64,000 bases of DNA from Octopus vulgaris. Its lineage: Eukaryota. The notes under the pieces were generated by a model. It was not told where the DNA came from. It did no database searches and saw only the letters and a list, made by a program, of their open reading frames with translations. Position numbers and translations under genes: made by a program. This document shows, piece after piece, positions 23,817 to 38,414 of this stretch. Position 1 is the first letter of the stretch. Each line of letters begins with the position of its first letter. The stretch is from the NCBI GenBank assembly GCA_951406725.2, contig OX597829.1, forward strand, positions 40,238,001 through 40,302,000, read 5' to 3'.

Positions 23817-24985
23817 CAGCCAAACACTTTGCCGGGCATGCTAATGATTCTGCCAGCTTGCCACCTTAGTAGTAGTTGTAATAATAATAATAATAATAAT
23901 AACCCTTTCTACTTTAGGCATAAGGCCTGAAATTTGAGGGAAGGGATTAAGTCAATTACATTGACCCCTGTGTTTCACTGGTACCTATTTAATCGACCCC
24001 GAAAGGATGAAAGGCAGAGTCGACCACGGCGGAATTTGAACTCAAAACGTAGTGACAGTCGAAATAATAATAATAATAATAATAATAACAACAATAATAA
24101 TAATGATTATAGTTTCAAAATTTGCCACAAGGACAGCAATTTTGTGGGGTGAGGGGTTGAGTTGATTATGTCAAACCCAGTGTTCAACTGGTACTTATTT
24201 TATCAACCCCAAAAGCATAATAATAATAATAATAATAATATATTTCTTTACTGCCCACAAGGGGCTAAACACAGAGGGGACAAACAAGGACAGACAAAGG
24301 GATTAAGTCGATTACATCGACCCCAGTGCGAAACTGGTACTTTATTTATCGACCCCGAAAGGATGAAAGGCAAAGTCAACCTCGGCGAAATTTGAATTCA
24401 GAATGCAATGGCAAACGCAATACCGCCAAGCATTTCGCCAATAATAATTTCTTTTAATATGCATTTACTTTGAGGATAACAGTGTGTGCTACCCTTTCAT
24501 AGATACCCATTAACCATCCATGGAAACATTGCTTAAATAGCTTTGCAACCACGGATATGGCAAAGATATTGCAACCACAGATATGGCAATGGCAAAATTC
24601 TGTGATGGAGAAGACCTGTTGAGCCCATGCAAGCATAGGAACAAAAAAAAAAAAAAAAATGGATATAAAATGATGAGAATGTGGATGTCTTTATACAGGG
24701 GGTGGTGTTCGTGTTTTTTTTTTTATTCTTCATTCTGTTTATTCCTTTACAAGGTAATAACTTCTCCCTTTTTTATATTTTTGTCCTGCTCTCCTCTTTG
24801 TCAGCATGTCTTCGCTTACTGACAAAGGAAAGTCTTTCTTTACCTCCTAACATGTCAGTAGGTAAAACGGTAAAGACGTGTCTCTACCTAATGTCATGTC
24901 AGGTCTTTCCTTTAAATAACACGTCAATCATTGCTTTTTTTCAGTTTATTTTGATAGCCATGTCATTTTCTATTTTCTGATGTAG

Positions 24986-25024
24986 TGCTCGCTTCAATCA
25001 GACATTTGAAGAAGAAACGAAGAA
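24986..25024 (+). CDS. Candidate 39-nt frame-preserving microexon (..ARFNQTFEEETK..), gene unknown
   Basis: Acceptor ttttctattttctgatgtag, consensus donor AA|gtaagt, length divisible by 3, GAA-rich, set in about 700 bp of non-repetitive DNA. No homology recognised. Confidence 0.3.
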
Positions 25025-26418
25025 GTAAGTCGTGTATGAGTTAAATACACAAACCCAGTTTAAATACAGGCCGAAATTTACTTAGTTGTTTTTATAATTC
25101 AACCAGGAATGTGTGTGTGTTTAGTGTTTAACTGTTGGAAAAAGAGTACTCAATATCATAGTGGAGACTAATATGTTTTATTTTGGTTCAGTCAGTCTTT
25201 TTGCTGCTCTGAGCTTCACAAATCGTAACTTGGTCTAAAGAATCCCTGTACACCTACAGGTGAAACTCAGAAGTGTAAGACTGTTTCCAAATTCGATGAC
25301 TGGTATCCGTGCTAGCGGGGTGCAAAGAGCACCATACGAGTGTGATCATTGACAGAGTGGCTAACCGGCTCCTCATGCCAGTGGCACGTAAAAGACACCA
25401 TTCGAGCGTGATCGTTACCAGCATCGCCTTACTGGCACCTGTGCCGGTGGCATGTGTAAAAGATTCAAGCGAGGTTGTTGCCAGTACCTCCTGACTGGCA
25501 CATAAAAGCACCCACTACACTTTCGGAGTGGTTGGTGTTAGGAAGGGCATCCAGCTGTTGAAACTCTGCCAGATCAAGATTGAAGCCTGGTGCAGCCATC
25601 TGGTTCACCAGCCCTCAGTTAAATCGTCCAACCCATGCTAGCATGGAAAGCGGACGTTAAAAAATGATGAGAATGATGATGATGACACACACACAAATAC
25701 ACACACACTCACACAGATTTGAGATTCAAATAGGAAAATATAAACTCAAAACATGATTTTTCAATAAGTACCAACACCTGAAACTATCACCCCTTGAGTC
25801 ACTCTGTAAGTTCTGCTCATTATTAATCAAAACACACACAGACATTGTCATCAGGCTGCAGCCATGCTGGAGCACCACCCTGAATTTTTGATTGAATGAA
25901 TTGACCTCAGTACTTACTTTTCAAGGCTGGTACTTATTCTGTCAGTCTCTTTTGATGAACCACTAAGTCACAAGGACACAAACACACCAAAACCAGTTGT
26001 CAAATAGTGGTGTTGAGGTACAAACACATACAGACACACACAGTTGAGTAAAACCAAAATTGTAGCTGGGCCAGTGGCCCCTGTCTGGCTCCGGTGCCAG
26101 TGGCATGTAAAAAGCACCATCTGAATGTGGTCGATGCCAGTGCCCCACCGACTGGCTCACATGCCGGAGGCACATAAAATGTACTATCCAAACGTAATCG
26201 ATGCCAGGGTCACCTGACTGGCTCCCGTGCCGGTGACACATAAAAAGCGCCCACTGCACTCACAGAGTGGTTGGCATTAGGAAGGGCATCCAGCTGTAGA
26301 AACTCTGCCAGATCAGATTGGAGCCTGGTGCTGCAGCTGCTGACTTTCCAGACCTCAGTCAAACCTTCCAACCCATACCAGCATGGAAGACAGACATTAA
26401 ACGATGATGATGATGATA

Positions 26419-26449
<31 letters not shown>

Positions 26450-26795
26450 CACTATGGGCTTCTTTCAGTTTCTGTCTACCAAATCCACTCTCAAGGCTTT
26501 GGTCGTCTCGAGGCTCTTGTAGAAAACACTTGGCATGTAGTGGGACCGAACTGGGAACCATGTGATTGGGAAGCAAGCTTCTTACCACACGGACATGTCT
26601 ACGCCTATTCATATTCTTGGTGGAATCATAAAATAAATAAATAAATAAATTATAATGGTATTTTAAATAGTTTTATGTATTTAAGTAATACAACTTCCTT
26701 TGTTTTGTTTTTTTCAAAGGATTGATAGATGCTAGTGCTAGCACACTATTAGAAAACAGGAATGACATCACTCTGGATGTGTGTGTTAATATATG

Positions 26796-26826
<31 letters not shown>

Positions 26827-29800
26827 ATGTATGTGTGTGAGTGTGTATGGTGACTGTGACTTATTGTCATTTCTGTGAAATGTCACAATGACACTAATTA
26901 TATCAATATCACTCCAAAATTTCATTAAGAATTGATAGAAAATGCATGAATGAGAAAGCCACTGAATTTTATCAAGTTTTGCATAGAGAATTTACTTAAA
27001 ATGAATACCTGTTATTCTTGAAGATTTAATATATAATTATTTTTCTTTTGTTGTTTTTTTGTTTTTGAATTCTTTTTTTTTTTTTACTTTGTATCTGTTT
27101 TTCATTTTAATTTTACACTTTTCTAATTCCATTCAATGATTTGTAGATTTTAAAATATATAATATCTTTTAGGAGATAAATGTAGTGATTAGATTTGTTA
27201 AATTAAATAATTGCTTAATTGCTACCATTTAATGCAATAAAAATAAGATGTTCTTGTAAATTACTACATCCAGATAATACAATACACACACACACACACA
27301 CATATATATACATATAGACATACTATTTGGATATACTAATTTATAGGGTGATATGTGTGTATTTTTGTATATATATTTGTGAGTGTAGTGGGTGTAGCCA
27401 ATCTAAGCTTCGTAAGGAATCTTACAGTCTCTTGTTTGATCCTATTCTGTGGCATTTTGGGGAAATGTCTTTTACCAAATACTTTGTTGTGCTTATGCTT
27501 TGCAATTTGAAATTGAGTTGATAAAAATTCTCTGGAAGTTCATTGGGTGGACTGTATTTGTTATTAATTCAAAGTCTTTGTTACATTAGATTAATTCTTC
27601 CAGTCGTAGATACCTCTATTGGTGGAATGCCCAGCTGAATCTGTGAGCCAGCATTTCATTTCAGTTGACCAACCAACCAGAAGATTCATTTGTCTTTGAA
27701 TCTAACGAAGACTCTTGTACTTTTACTTCAATGACGTTCGTTACATTTAAAACTAGTACACCTTCGTTAGCTTCGTTTTTATTTACCATATTTACTCACT
27801 AGTATTGTGAGTAAATTAATTCTAAACATCAGGACCAAAAATGGTTGTGTACCACTGGTAAAGAAAGCATGCAGTGTTACTATCACTCTTGAGCGTGTTT
27901 GTCCTATTAGTAGGCATTGTCGTTATCATCATCATCTCATCATCAATTTAGCATCCAATTTCCCAGGCTTGCAGTATTCATTGAAGCGGATTATCTGGTA
28001 CTGGATGCCATTCCTGTAACCAACACTCAACTGCTTCCAAGCAGGGGCAATATTTTTCCATGTCTAGCTCTCAGTCAAACCATCCAACCCATGCCAGCAT
28101 GGAAAGCAGACGTTAAATGACAATGATTATTATTATTATCATTATATACATTATACACACGCACATACAACAGGCTTCTTTCAGTTTCCATCTACCAAAT
28201 CCACTCACAAGACTTTGATTGGCCCAAGGCTACAGTAAAAGACATTTGCCCAAAGTGCCATGCAGTGGGACTGAACCCGGAACTATGTGGTTGGGAAGCA
28301 AGCTTCTTACTGCACAGCCACACCTGTGCCTATATTTTCTTATTAATATTTAGCAGAAACAGCTGAGTGACTCAGGTCACAAATTCCATGTGTTGGCACT
28401 TATCACTTACATATATTTGGTCTTACTTGTCACGCATGAAGACTTACTTTGGATGCATATTCTACTTACATTTACTGGTGTCTAATCGTTGGATATTCTT
28501 AACCAAATTCTTTTAAAGCTGAGTGCTTCATTGATATCTGCCTGAATTTTTTAAAATCCCTTTCTCTTCTAACCATTAACATATATAAGTTAACAGGATG
28601 AAATATTTACTCACTTTTAGACTCAGTTTGGAGCCCACATCATGTTAGAGATTGTGTTGTACTTAAGTAAATACTGTTAAATTTGCTTGTTTTCTATTTA
28701 CATATTTCAGCATAGAGATGTAGATCTCTTTCTTTCTTTCTTTCTTTCTTTCTTTTATATCCCTTCATTACAGAGAAGATGTCAGTTGTTATTCTTATAT
28801 AACAAAAACACTACTGTCTAAACAGCAGTCAGTCTCTGGTACTTTAAATACACTTTTGTTTGTTGTTACAGTCTGGTTTTCTTAACTGCTGCTCATTCAG
28901 GCGTAACACATTCTTGTGTAATAAGCTTTTGATCTTTGGTTGTGGTACACTAACGAAGCTACATGTCATTTCCTTGATAGGTTCTCTGCTCTCACCTCTA
29001 ATGAATCGGTCTTTTTTCTATGAGTTTGTGTACCTCTGCTATTACCTGTTTCTCATCTACAGTCAGATTGTTTTGAACCTTGTCTAGTGCAGTCCTGCAT
29101 TACCCTATTTTGCTACAGCCACGAGAAATAACAGCCAATGTCCCTCAAATCCCATCCTTCTGTCCTCATCATCATTGTTTTAACATTTGCTTTTTCTTAC
29201 TGGCAGCCTCTTTATAGTTGTATACCATTTCCATCACTAATCCTCACACATTTCCAAAAACATGTTTTTCGTTCATCATCATCATCATCATCATCATCGT
29301 TGTTTAACGTCTGCTTTCCATGCTAGCATGGGTTGGATGATTTGACTGAGGGCTGGTGAACCAGATGGCTGCACCAGGCTCCAATCTTGATCTGACAGAG
29401 TTTCTACAGCTGGATGCCCTTCCTAACGCCAACCACTCCGAGAGTGTAGTGGGTGCTTTTTATGTGCCATCGGCTCGGGTGCCAGTCAGGTGGTACTGGC
29501 AACGACCTCGCTCAAATCTTTTTACACATGCCACCGGCACAGGTGCCAGTAAGGCGATGCTGGCAATGATCACGCTCGGATGGTGCTCTTAGCACCCTAC
29601 CAACACAGGGCTCAAGTGCCAGTAAGGCGACTCTAGATTGGAAACAAATGAGGTGGCTTGTAATTTGGTGACCATTCTTCAACCCTCACAGAATGTTAAG
29701 AGAGACACTCACTCTCATTTACACACACACACACACACACACACGTTGATGCAAACAGGAAAAATTGAACTCAAAATATGAGTATATGTGTATTTTTTTA

Positions 29801-30230
29801 TTTAGGAGAAATAACAGTGATTCAAGTTTCATAAGTGCTAACACATGGAACTCTTGAACCTGGATCACTCTGTTACTTCTTCCAAATACAAATATATATA
29901 CATTCTTTTATTGTTTTACATGTTTCAGTCATTTGACTGTGGCCATGCTGGAGCACCACCTTTATTCGAACAAATCGACCCCAGGACTTATTCTTTGTAA
30001 GCGTAGTACTTATTCTGTCTCTTTTGCTGAACCACTAGGCTACGGAGGATGTAAACACACCAACATTGACACACACATACATATATATGATGGGTTTTTT
30101 TCAGTTTCTTCTACCAGATCCACTCACAAGGCTTTGGTTGGCCCAAGGCTATAGTAGAAGACACTTGGCCAATGTGCCACACTGAGGGACTGTACTTGGA
30201 ACCATGTCTTACCACACAGCCACTCCTGTG

Positions 30231-30263
<33 letters not shown>

Positions 30264-30694
30264 TCTTTTACTTGTTTCAGTCATTTGACTGCGGTCATGT
30301 TGGAGCACCTCCTTTAGTCGAACAAATCACCCCCAGGACTTATTTTTTGTAAGCCTAGTACTTATTCTATCAGTCTCTTTTGCTGAACTGCTAAGTTATG
30401 GGGATGTAAACACACCAGCATCGGTTGTCAAGCGATGTTTGCGGGGGGGGGGGGCAAACACAGACACACAAACACACACATATATATATATATATGCACA
30501 TACATATATACGACGGGCTTCTTTCAGTTTCCATCTACCAAATCTACTCACAAGGCTTTGGTTTGCCCAAGGCTATAGTAGAAGACACTTGCCCAAGGTG
30601 CCATGCAGTGGGACTGAACTCGGAACTATGTGGTTGGTTAGCAAGCTACTTACCACGCAGCCACTCCTATATATGTATGTGTATGTATGTATGC

Positions 30695-30788
<94 letters not shown>

Positions 30789-32414
30789 GATGGGCTTCTT
30801 TCAGTTTGTCCACCAAATCCCCTCATGGGGCTTTGGTTGGTCCAGGACTATAGTAAGGTACTTGCTGAAGGTGCTGTATAGTGCAGTTGAACTTGAATCC
30901 ATATGGTTAAGAAACAGACTCCTTAACTTCTTGACCATACAGCCATGCCTATCTTACAAAGGAAAGCCACTTTGGACAAAGCTTAATTTAGGTATGCAGA
31001 AAGTCTACCTGACAGTATGGTTATGGCGGATCCCATTTGGTTATCGCTATGCTTGACCTGGGCTGACATGGAATTCAAAAACCATGATATAACAGTCATT
31101 CCTACAACACTCTGTCTTTTTGAGTGACATGTCAGTTGAAATAACATCTCAGTTACTTGAATAAAGGCAAGCTGATACAGATTAAAAGAGGAGGAATGGT
31201 AGGACCTGCAAAAATATTCAGAATCTGTATTATTAAAATGGAGCCGAGAATAGTGATAGTGTTGTCTCTAAACTGCTACCCACCACCCCATCGAGCCATA
31301 CCTCCATCCATCCATCCATCCATATATACATACATGCATACATTTGTCCGTGGAGGCACATGGCCTAGTGGTTAGAGCAGCGGACTCACGGTCGAGGGAT
31401 TGTAGGTTCGAATCTCAGACCGGGCGATGTGTGTGTTTATGAGTGAAAACACCTAAGCTCCACGCGGCTCCGGCAGTAGGTAATGGCGAACTTCTGCTGA
31501 CTCTTTCATCACAACATTCTCTCACTCTTTTCTCCTGCATCTTGCAGCTCACCTGTGACGGACCGGCCAAGAAACCTATACGCCAAGAAACCGGGAAACC
31601 GGCCCTTATGAGCCAGGCATGGCTTGAGAAGGAACAAACAGCAAATACATTTGTCTGTGTCTCTTGGCACACAACATACATTCTACCCAACATGGAAAAG
31701 ATGAACATCTCACATCATTAGCTTATTCTGACTTAGCTTCGTTTTGTTATTACATTAAGAAAACACTGAAGCAAGTCATACTTGAAATGAAGTGATTCTA
31801 GATGTTAAAAAATAAATAAATAGAATTTAAAAAATAAAAAGCAAAAAATTATTAAAAAAATAACGGCAAACAAATAAAATCTGTTCTAAAGAAAGGCAAA
31901 AAAAAAAACCCCCCAAAAAATTGGTTGCAATTTTCTGGGCCAAGGTCCTTTGAAGTAACAGTCTGGTTTTTGTGCCACTCTAACCAATGGTGTTAGTCGT
32001 ATGATGATACCATTGCACCCAGAGTTGTGTAAAAGGAAAGTCGAGTATGGAATGTCTTGAACTGTTATAAGTGTTCTTTAGAGGAATCAGGCTACACTGG
32101 TGCTTTCTTATCTGATTAAGCTTCAGGCTGTGTGTGCGTGTTTTATGTGAGAGTGTAAATATGTGTAATTTGGTCAGAGCTGAAGATGGTCTCACTATCC
32201 CCACCCGTTCTGTGTTTTTGGCATTAAAGAAATGAAATAAGATGGAAATTAGTGGGGGAGGGGAATATAATCCCCCCCCCCCCCGCTCCACTGCCAACCG
32301 TCACCACCACTTCCCTCCCTTCATCACCACCGTCTCTATCATCACAAATTTTTACGTGTAACAAAGTTGAGAACCTTGGTTTACCGGCTTTTCATATTTG
32401 TTTCTGTATGTCTT

Positions 32415-33212
32415 TGTGTGTGTGTGTATATATATATATATATGTATGTATATATATATATATGTATGTATATATATATATATATATATATACATATATG
32501 TATGTATATATATGAATATATATGTATGTATGTATGTATATATGAATATATATGTATGTATATATATATGAATATATATGTATGTATGTATATATATATG
32601 AATATATATGTATGTATATATATGAATATATATGTATGTATGTATATATATATGAATATATATGTATGTATGTATATATATGAATATATATATATGTATG
32701 TATATATATGAATATATATGTATGTATATATATGAATATATATGTATGTATGAATATATATGTATGTATATATATATGAATATATATGTATGTATGTATA
32801 TATATATATGAATATGTATGTATGTATATATATGAATATGTATGTATGTATATATATGAATATGTATGTATATATATGAATATGTATGTATATATATGAA
32901 TATGTATGTATGTATATATATGAATATGTATGTATATATATGAATATATATGTATGTATATATATATGTATGTATGTATATATATGAATATATATGTATG
33001 TATATATATATATGTATGTATGTATATATATGAATATATATGTATATATATATATGTATGTATGTATATATATATATGAATATATATGTATGTATATATA
33101 TATATGTATGTATGTATATATATGAATATATATGTATGTATATATATATATGAATATATATGTATGTATATATATGAATATATATGTATATATATATGTG
33201 AATATGTATGTG

Positions 33213-33247
<35 letters not shown>

Positions 33248-33254
33248 GTGAATA

Positions 33255-33305
<51 letters not shown>

Positions 33306-33420
33306 ATATGTATGTATGTATGTGTATATATATATGTATGTATGTGTATATATATATATATATATGTATGTATGTAGATAAAGTGTGTGTGTGTATATAT
33401 GTATACACATATATACATAC
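32415..33420. repeat. About 1-kb cryptic satellite (TATGAATATATATGTATG-like units)
   Basis: Directly visible. Similar TA/TG arrays at ~34460-35410, 35720-36860 and 57218-57540. Confidence 0.95.
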
Positions 33421-34461
33421 ATGGACATGACCACCACAGCAAATAGCATAGCACTTACAGAAACACACCCGAGACCAGATATAGCAAATGCAGAAATACA
33501 CATACCACAGTATGTTGTATAACGGACCGACAGGAAAGAACGGAGTCATGGTGGAGTTGCTATGTACATCCACGAAGACCTCATACCCAGGTCCTTTCGT
33601 CCCACTCAAATTCAGTGACACACTAACTGTACATATAAGACAACTCGATGTAGTTATATATGCTACATAACACCCTCCAGATGCACCAAATCATGTAGGC
33701 AACTTTGAAGACTGCCTTACAAAAATAGAAGTTCTAGTCACATTAGAACAACACATAAGGGTACTTCTTAAGGGAGACTTCAATCTGCCCAATGTCAGAT
33801 GGCCTGAGGGCCATTCTCTCCCAGGAATGGCACGATGCGAACAAGGACAGGTGAAGTCCCTCCTGAACCTTATCAACATTTTGTACATGGAACAAATTGT
33901 ACTCCAACCAACCAGGGCAGGTAACATACTAGATATCTGCTCCACAAATAATATGGATTTCATCCATAATGTGAAAGTGACACCGACGCTACTCTCGGAT
34001 CACAACATGGTAGAGCTGACCATGTACAGACCAAGGGAAACCATGGACATGAAGCCTACAAGAAACTCTCAGAATCTTCCCTGTGTCAACTTCCATAAGA
34101 CAAACTGGAAACAAACTGAGAAAGAGATCCTCAGACAAGACTGGACTAAATGTCTCTCCTCACCAGACATTGACATGAAAATCCTCAGAGAGAAAGGCCA
34201 CTGTGCACAAGATCAAAATCCCCAGGGAGAGGAAAATTCTTAAGAGATGGTGTACAAAAATTTCAAATCACCTGAAACAAACAAATTGAAAGCAGTGAAA
34301 AGTCCCGTCTGAAAATACAACGGCTGGAGATGGAAAAAAATCTGCAACTCTCCCATGAAAAAGAAAGAGCAGACAAAGAAGCCTGGGCTATAGACAATAT
34401 GAAATGTAACTCCAGAGCTTTCTACAAGTTTGCCAAAGAAACAGCTTCAGTGCACTGCAGG
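33421..34461 (+). mobile_element. CR1/L2-group LINE ORF2 fragment (AP endonuclease), pseudogene
   Basis: [71 protein letters not shown], with stops and frameshifts. Confidence 0.9.
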
Positions 34462-34472
34462 ATGTGTGTATG

Positions 34473-34508
<36 letters not shown>

Positions 34509-34571
34509 AATATATATATATGTATACATACATGTATATATATGTATGTATATGTCTAAGTATATATCTAC

Positions 34572-34619
<48 letters not shown>

Positions 34620-34699
34620 ATGTCTAAGTATATATCTACGTATGTGTGTATGTATATATATGTATGTATATATGTCTATATGTGTGTATGTATGTATAT

Positions 34700-34930
34700 A
34701 TTGAGAAAAAAGGTCGCCAGAATGTTGGGAAGAAAATTTTTTATTTATTCATAATTATTTGCAGTTTCATTTATTTTTCGAACTAGTCAAATAGAATTTT
34801 GACAAGTTCAAGATAATAACGAAAGCAGGAATGATAATAAATAAATAAAAAGATTTCTTTCCAAAATTCTGGCGAAATTTTTAGTCAGTATTCAATATCT
34901 GTACAACATGCCTAAAACTCTATAGATATA
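34700..34930 (+). mobile_element. Foldback insert in (TA)n related to the 14005-14370 element
   Basis: Imperfect palindrome ~34715-34875 (cgccagaat..gtcaaa / tttgac..attctggcg). Ends aaaaaaggt..cagaatg.tgg and atctgtaca.ca..cctaa.act resemble those of 14005-14370. Confidence 0.5.
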
Positions 34931-35348
34931 TCTATGTATATATATATATATGTGTGTATATATGTATAGATGTGTATATATATATATATGTGTGTATATA
35001 TATGTGTGTGTATGTATATGTATGTATATATATATATGTATGTATGTATATATGTATGTGTAGGTATATATGTATGTATATATGTATGTGTAGGTATATA
35101 TATATGTATGTGTAGGTATATATATATGTATATATGTATGTGTAGGTATATATGTATGTGTAGGTATATATATATGTATATATGTATGTGTAAGTATATA
35201 TGTATGTATATATGTGTAGATATATATGTATATATATGAATATGTATGTCTATGTCTATGTAGCTATATATATATATATATGTATGTTATATGTATATAT
35301 ATGTATATATACATATATATACATAAATATATATGTATATATACATAA

Positions 35349-35407
<59 letters not shown>

Positions 35408-35835
35408 TACATGGTGGAGGCGCAATGGCCCAGTGATTAGGGCAGCAGGCTCGCAGTCGGATGATCGCGGTTTCGATTCCCAGACCGGGCGTTGTGTGTG
35501 TTTATTGAGCAAAAACACCTAAAGCTCCTCGAGGCTCCGGCAGGGGGTGGTGACAATCCCTGCTGTACCCTTTCGCCACAACATTCTTTCAATCTTTCCT
35601 CTGTTGGCTTGCTCGCTTAGCCAGCGGGGTGGCGTCATTTGAAGGCTAAAACAATGCGAAGCGCATTGTGACCAGCGATGTGTAGCAGCATCTGATAGCG
35701 TGGTCGGTCGCATTGATTGGTGATATATAGTTTATATGTGTGTGTGTGTATTTATATATATTTCTGTGTATATACATATATTGATGTATATATGTGTATA
35801 TATATATTCATGTATATATATATATATATACTTAC

Positions 35836-35866
<31 letters not shown>

Positions 35867-36195
35867 CTGTATATATATAAATACATCTGTGTATATATAT
35901 GTGTTTAAATATATATGCATATATATATTTGTGTGTATATATATGTGTGTGTGTGTGTATTTATATATATATATATATATATATGTGTGTATATATGTAT
36001 TTATATATACATATATACATCAAACTCTCTCATATATATAGATACGTACATATATACATCAAAATCCCTTATTCACCTAATGGCACATATTACAGGAGGC
36101 TCTCAATAACAACAATGTAGCAAAACGATGGTGCACCAGCATGACCACAGCTTGTGCTAAAATTAGGAAAAAATTTATATATATGAATATATATA

Positions 36196-36239
<44 letters not shown>

Positions 36240-36485
36240 TGTATGTATGTATGTATTTGCATGTATCTATATATATGTATATGCATGTATATATGTATAT
36301 ATATGCATATATGTGTATATATATGCTTGTCTATATGTATGTATACGTATATTTGTATGTATGTATGTTTGTGTATGCATATATTTGTTTGTGTATATAT
36401 ATGTGTATGCATATATGTATATATATATATGCATATATGAATATGTATGTGTTTGTATATATGTGTAAGAAAATTTATATATATG

Positions 36486-36528
<43 letters not shown>

Positions 36529-36671
36529 GTATATGTATTTATTTATGTGCACGCATTTAAATATATCTATATATATTTCTGTATGTGTATGCATATATAT
36601 CTGTATATATATATTTATGTATGTGTATGTATATATATATATATATATGTATATATATGTGCATGCATATC

Positions 36672-36713
<42 letters not shown>

Positions 36714-37937
36714 TGCATATATATATGTCTGTATATGCATGTATGTTTGTATATATATATGTACATGCATATATATATATATATACACATACGTCTATAT
36801 ACATACATACATATATATGTGTGTGTCTGTATGTATGTACGCACACACACACACACATCTTAACCTCAAAGTCATGCTATTACATACATATGTAAGAATC
36901 ATCATCTGCAATGTAGCATTCAGTGATCCTTACTTTCAGTCTTAAATTTTTCTTTTCCTTTTTTTTTTTTCTTTTCTACCACAACAACAACAATAACAAC
37001 AGCAACAGCAGATCTTAAAAGTACATCATTTCTCAACGTATTCCCCATTCTGCTTTTCAACACCCCTTGGTACATCATCGCAAGCAGAAGATTTCATTCT
37101 TGCACTCAGGAAGAAATATATCTTCAGTTGTCTGATGATATACTGCGTCTTTCAGTTCTTGCCTCTTCCTCCAAGGCAAATTGAGGTTTCTTTTTTTTTC
37201 ACCATTATTTCATGACATCTGAGTGCAGCAAACAGGTGACAGTTCAAAGAAGCAAGGAAAGGAATACTTGAGTACCTCGGATTTTGCTTTGTGGGGGATT
37301 TTCCACAGCTTGAATGGCAGTGCAAAGACAACAACCGTGTCATGGAAAAAAAATCAAAACTTTTCAATAGTAGCCTTTTGTATTTTGCAGGTCTTAACTT
37401 GTCACACAGCCTTTGTTTTTTTTTGTTTTTGTACGTGTTTTATTTTTATTATTTTTTTTTTTTTCACTTCTCACTCATCTTCTGCTACAGCCAATCTCAC
37501 CCACCCACTACGTCCACTTTCACTCACTCCTTTCTATGTCCACTCTCATTTTCACCTCCCACTCTCAACTCTACCACTTCCACTCATCTGCAGCTAAACT
37601 TGTCACACAGCTGGTGGGGGGGGGGTTCCTGCAAAAAAAAAAAAAAAGATGAAAATGGAAAAAAATCTTTGTTTGTGTTTGTTTGGTAGAGGAAGTCATT
37701 CAAGAAATAAATAACTGAATTTGTTTTATTTCATAGTTTTTACTCTGTATTTTTGCAAGGAAACATTTTTGTTCTTAGTATGTGGATGTGTGAGTTTTGG
37801 TGGTGGAAATTGAATGACAGTGCAATAGTACTCCCTTTCCATTCTTCAGTTTTTTTGTTTCATTTTTTTTTTTAAATGTTTCTCTTTGGGTGGAAGTGGA
37901 GTTGAAGTGGAATAAGGGTGAAAAGAAAACTAAAACG

Positions 37938-37983
<46 letters not shown>

Positions 37984-38368
37984 TTTCCTCGATTCCATTT
38001 TGGTTCGCTTTGGGGTTTGGTTTTTTTTTTTTTTTTTTGTTATAATTTTTGGTGGGGTTGAGCCAAGACGGGAGGAGTAGGTGAACGTTCTAATCATTCC
38101 TTGCACAAATTTATTAAATCAAAACAGTCTTCTGCACTTAATTTCACTTTGTGTGTGTGTGTGTGTGTGAAAGTGTTGCTTGTTAGAGGCTGTGCAACCA
38201 TCTTACAATCAACCATTTGTCTTATATGCCTGACTTCCAAAGAAAAGATATATATATATATATGTATGTATGTATATATATGTATGTATATGCATATGTG
38301 TGTATATATATATATGTATGTATGTATGTATGTATATATGTGTGTGTATATCCATGAGTATATATGTG

Positions 38369-38410
<42 letters not shown>

Positions 38411-38414
<4 letters not shown>

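Noticed and set aside
32001-32115. C/D box snoRNA (ATGATGA..CTGA)
   Set aside because: No canonical terminal stem and no rRNA-complementary guide recognised.
32352-33621. Long ORFs of 350-409 aa (and similar [12 protein letters not shown] ORFs throughout)
   Set aside because: Translations of TA/CA/CT microsatellites that lack stop codons by composition.
37085-37130. Minus-strand CTGAAGA..GAAA hammerhead-like spacing
   Set aside because: Helix II is offset, and helices I and III do not pair.
37818-37830. cagtgcaatagta resembles the 5' part of vertebrate miR-301
   Set aside because: Only 13 nt, no precursor hairpin evident, and the family is not expected in molluscs.
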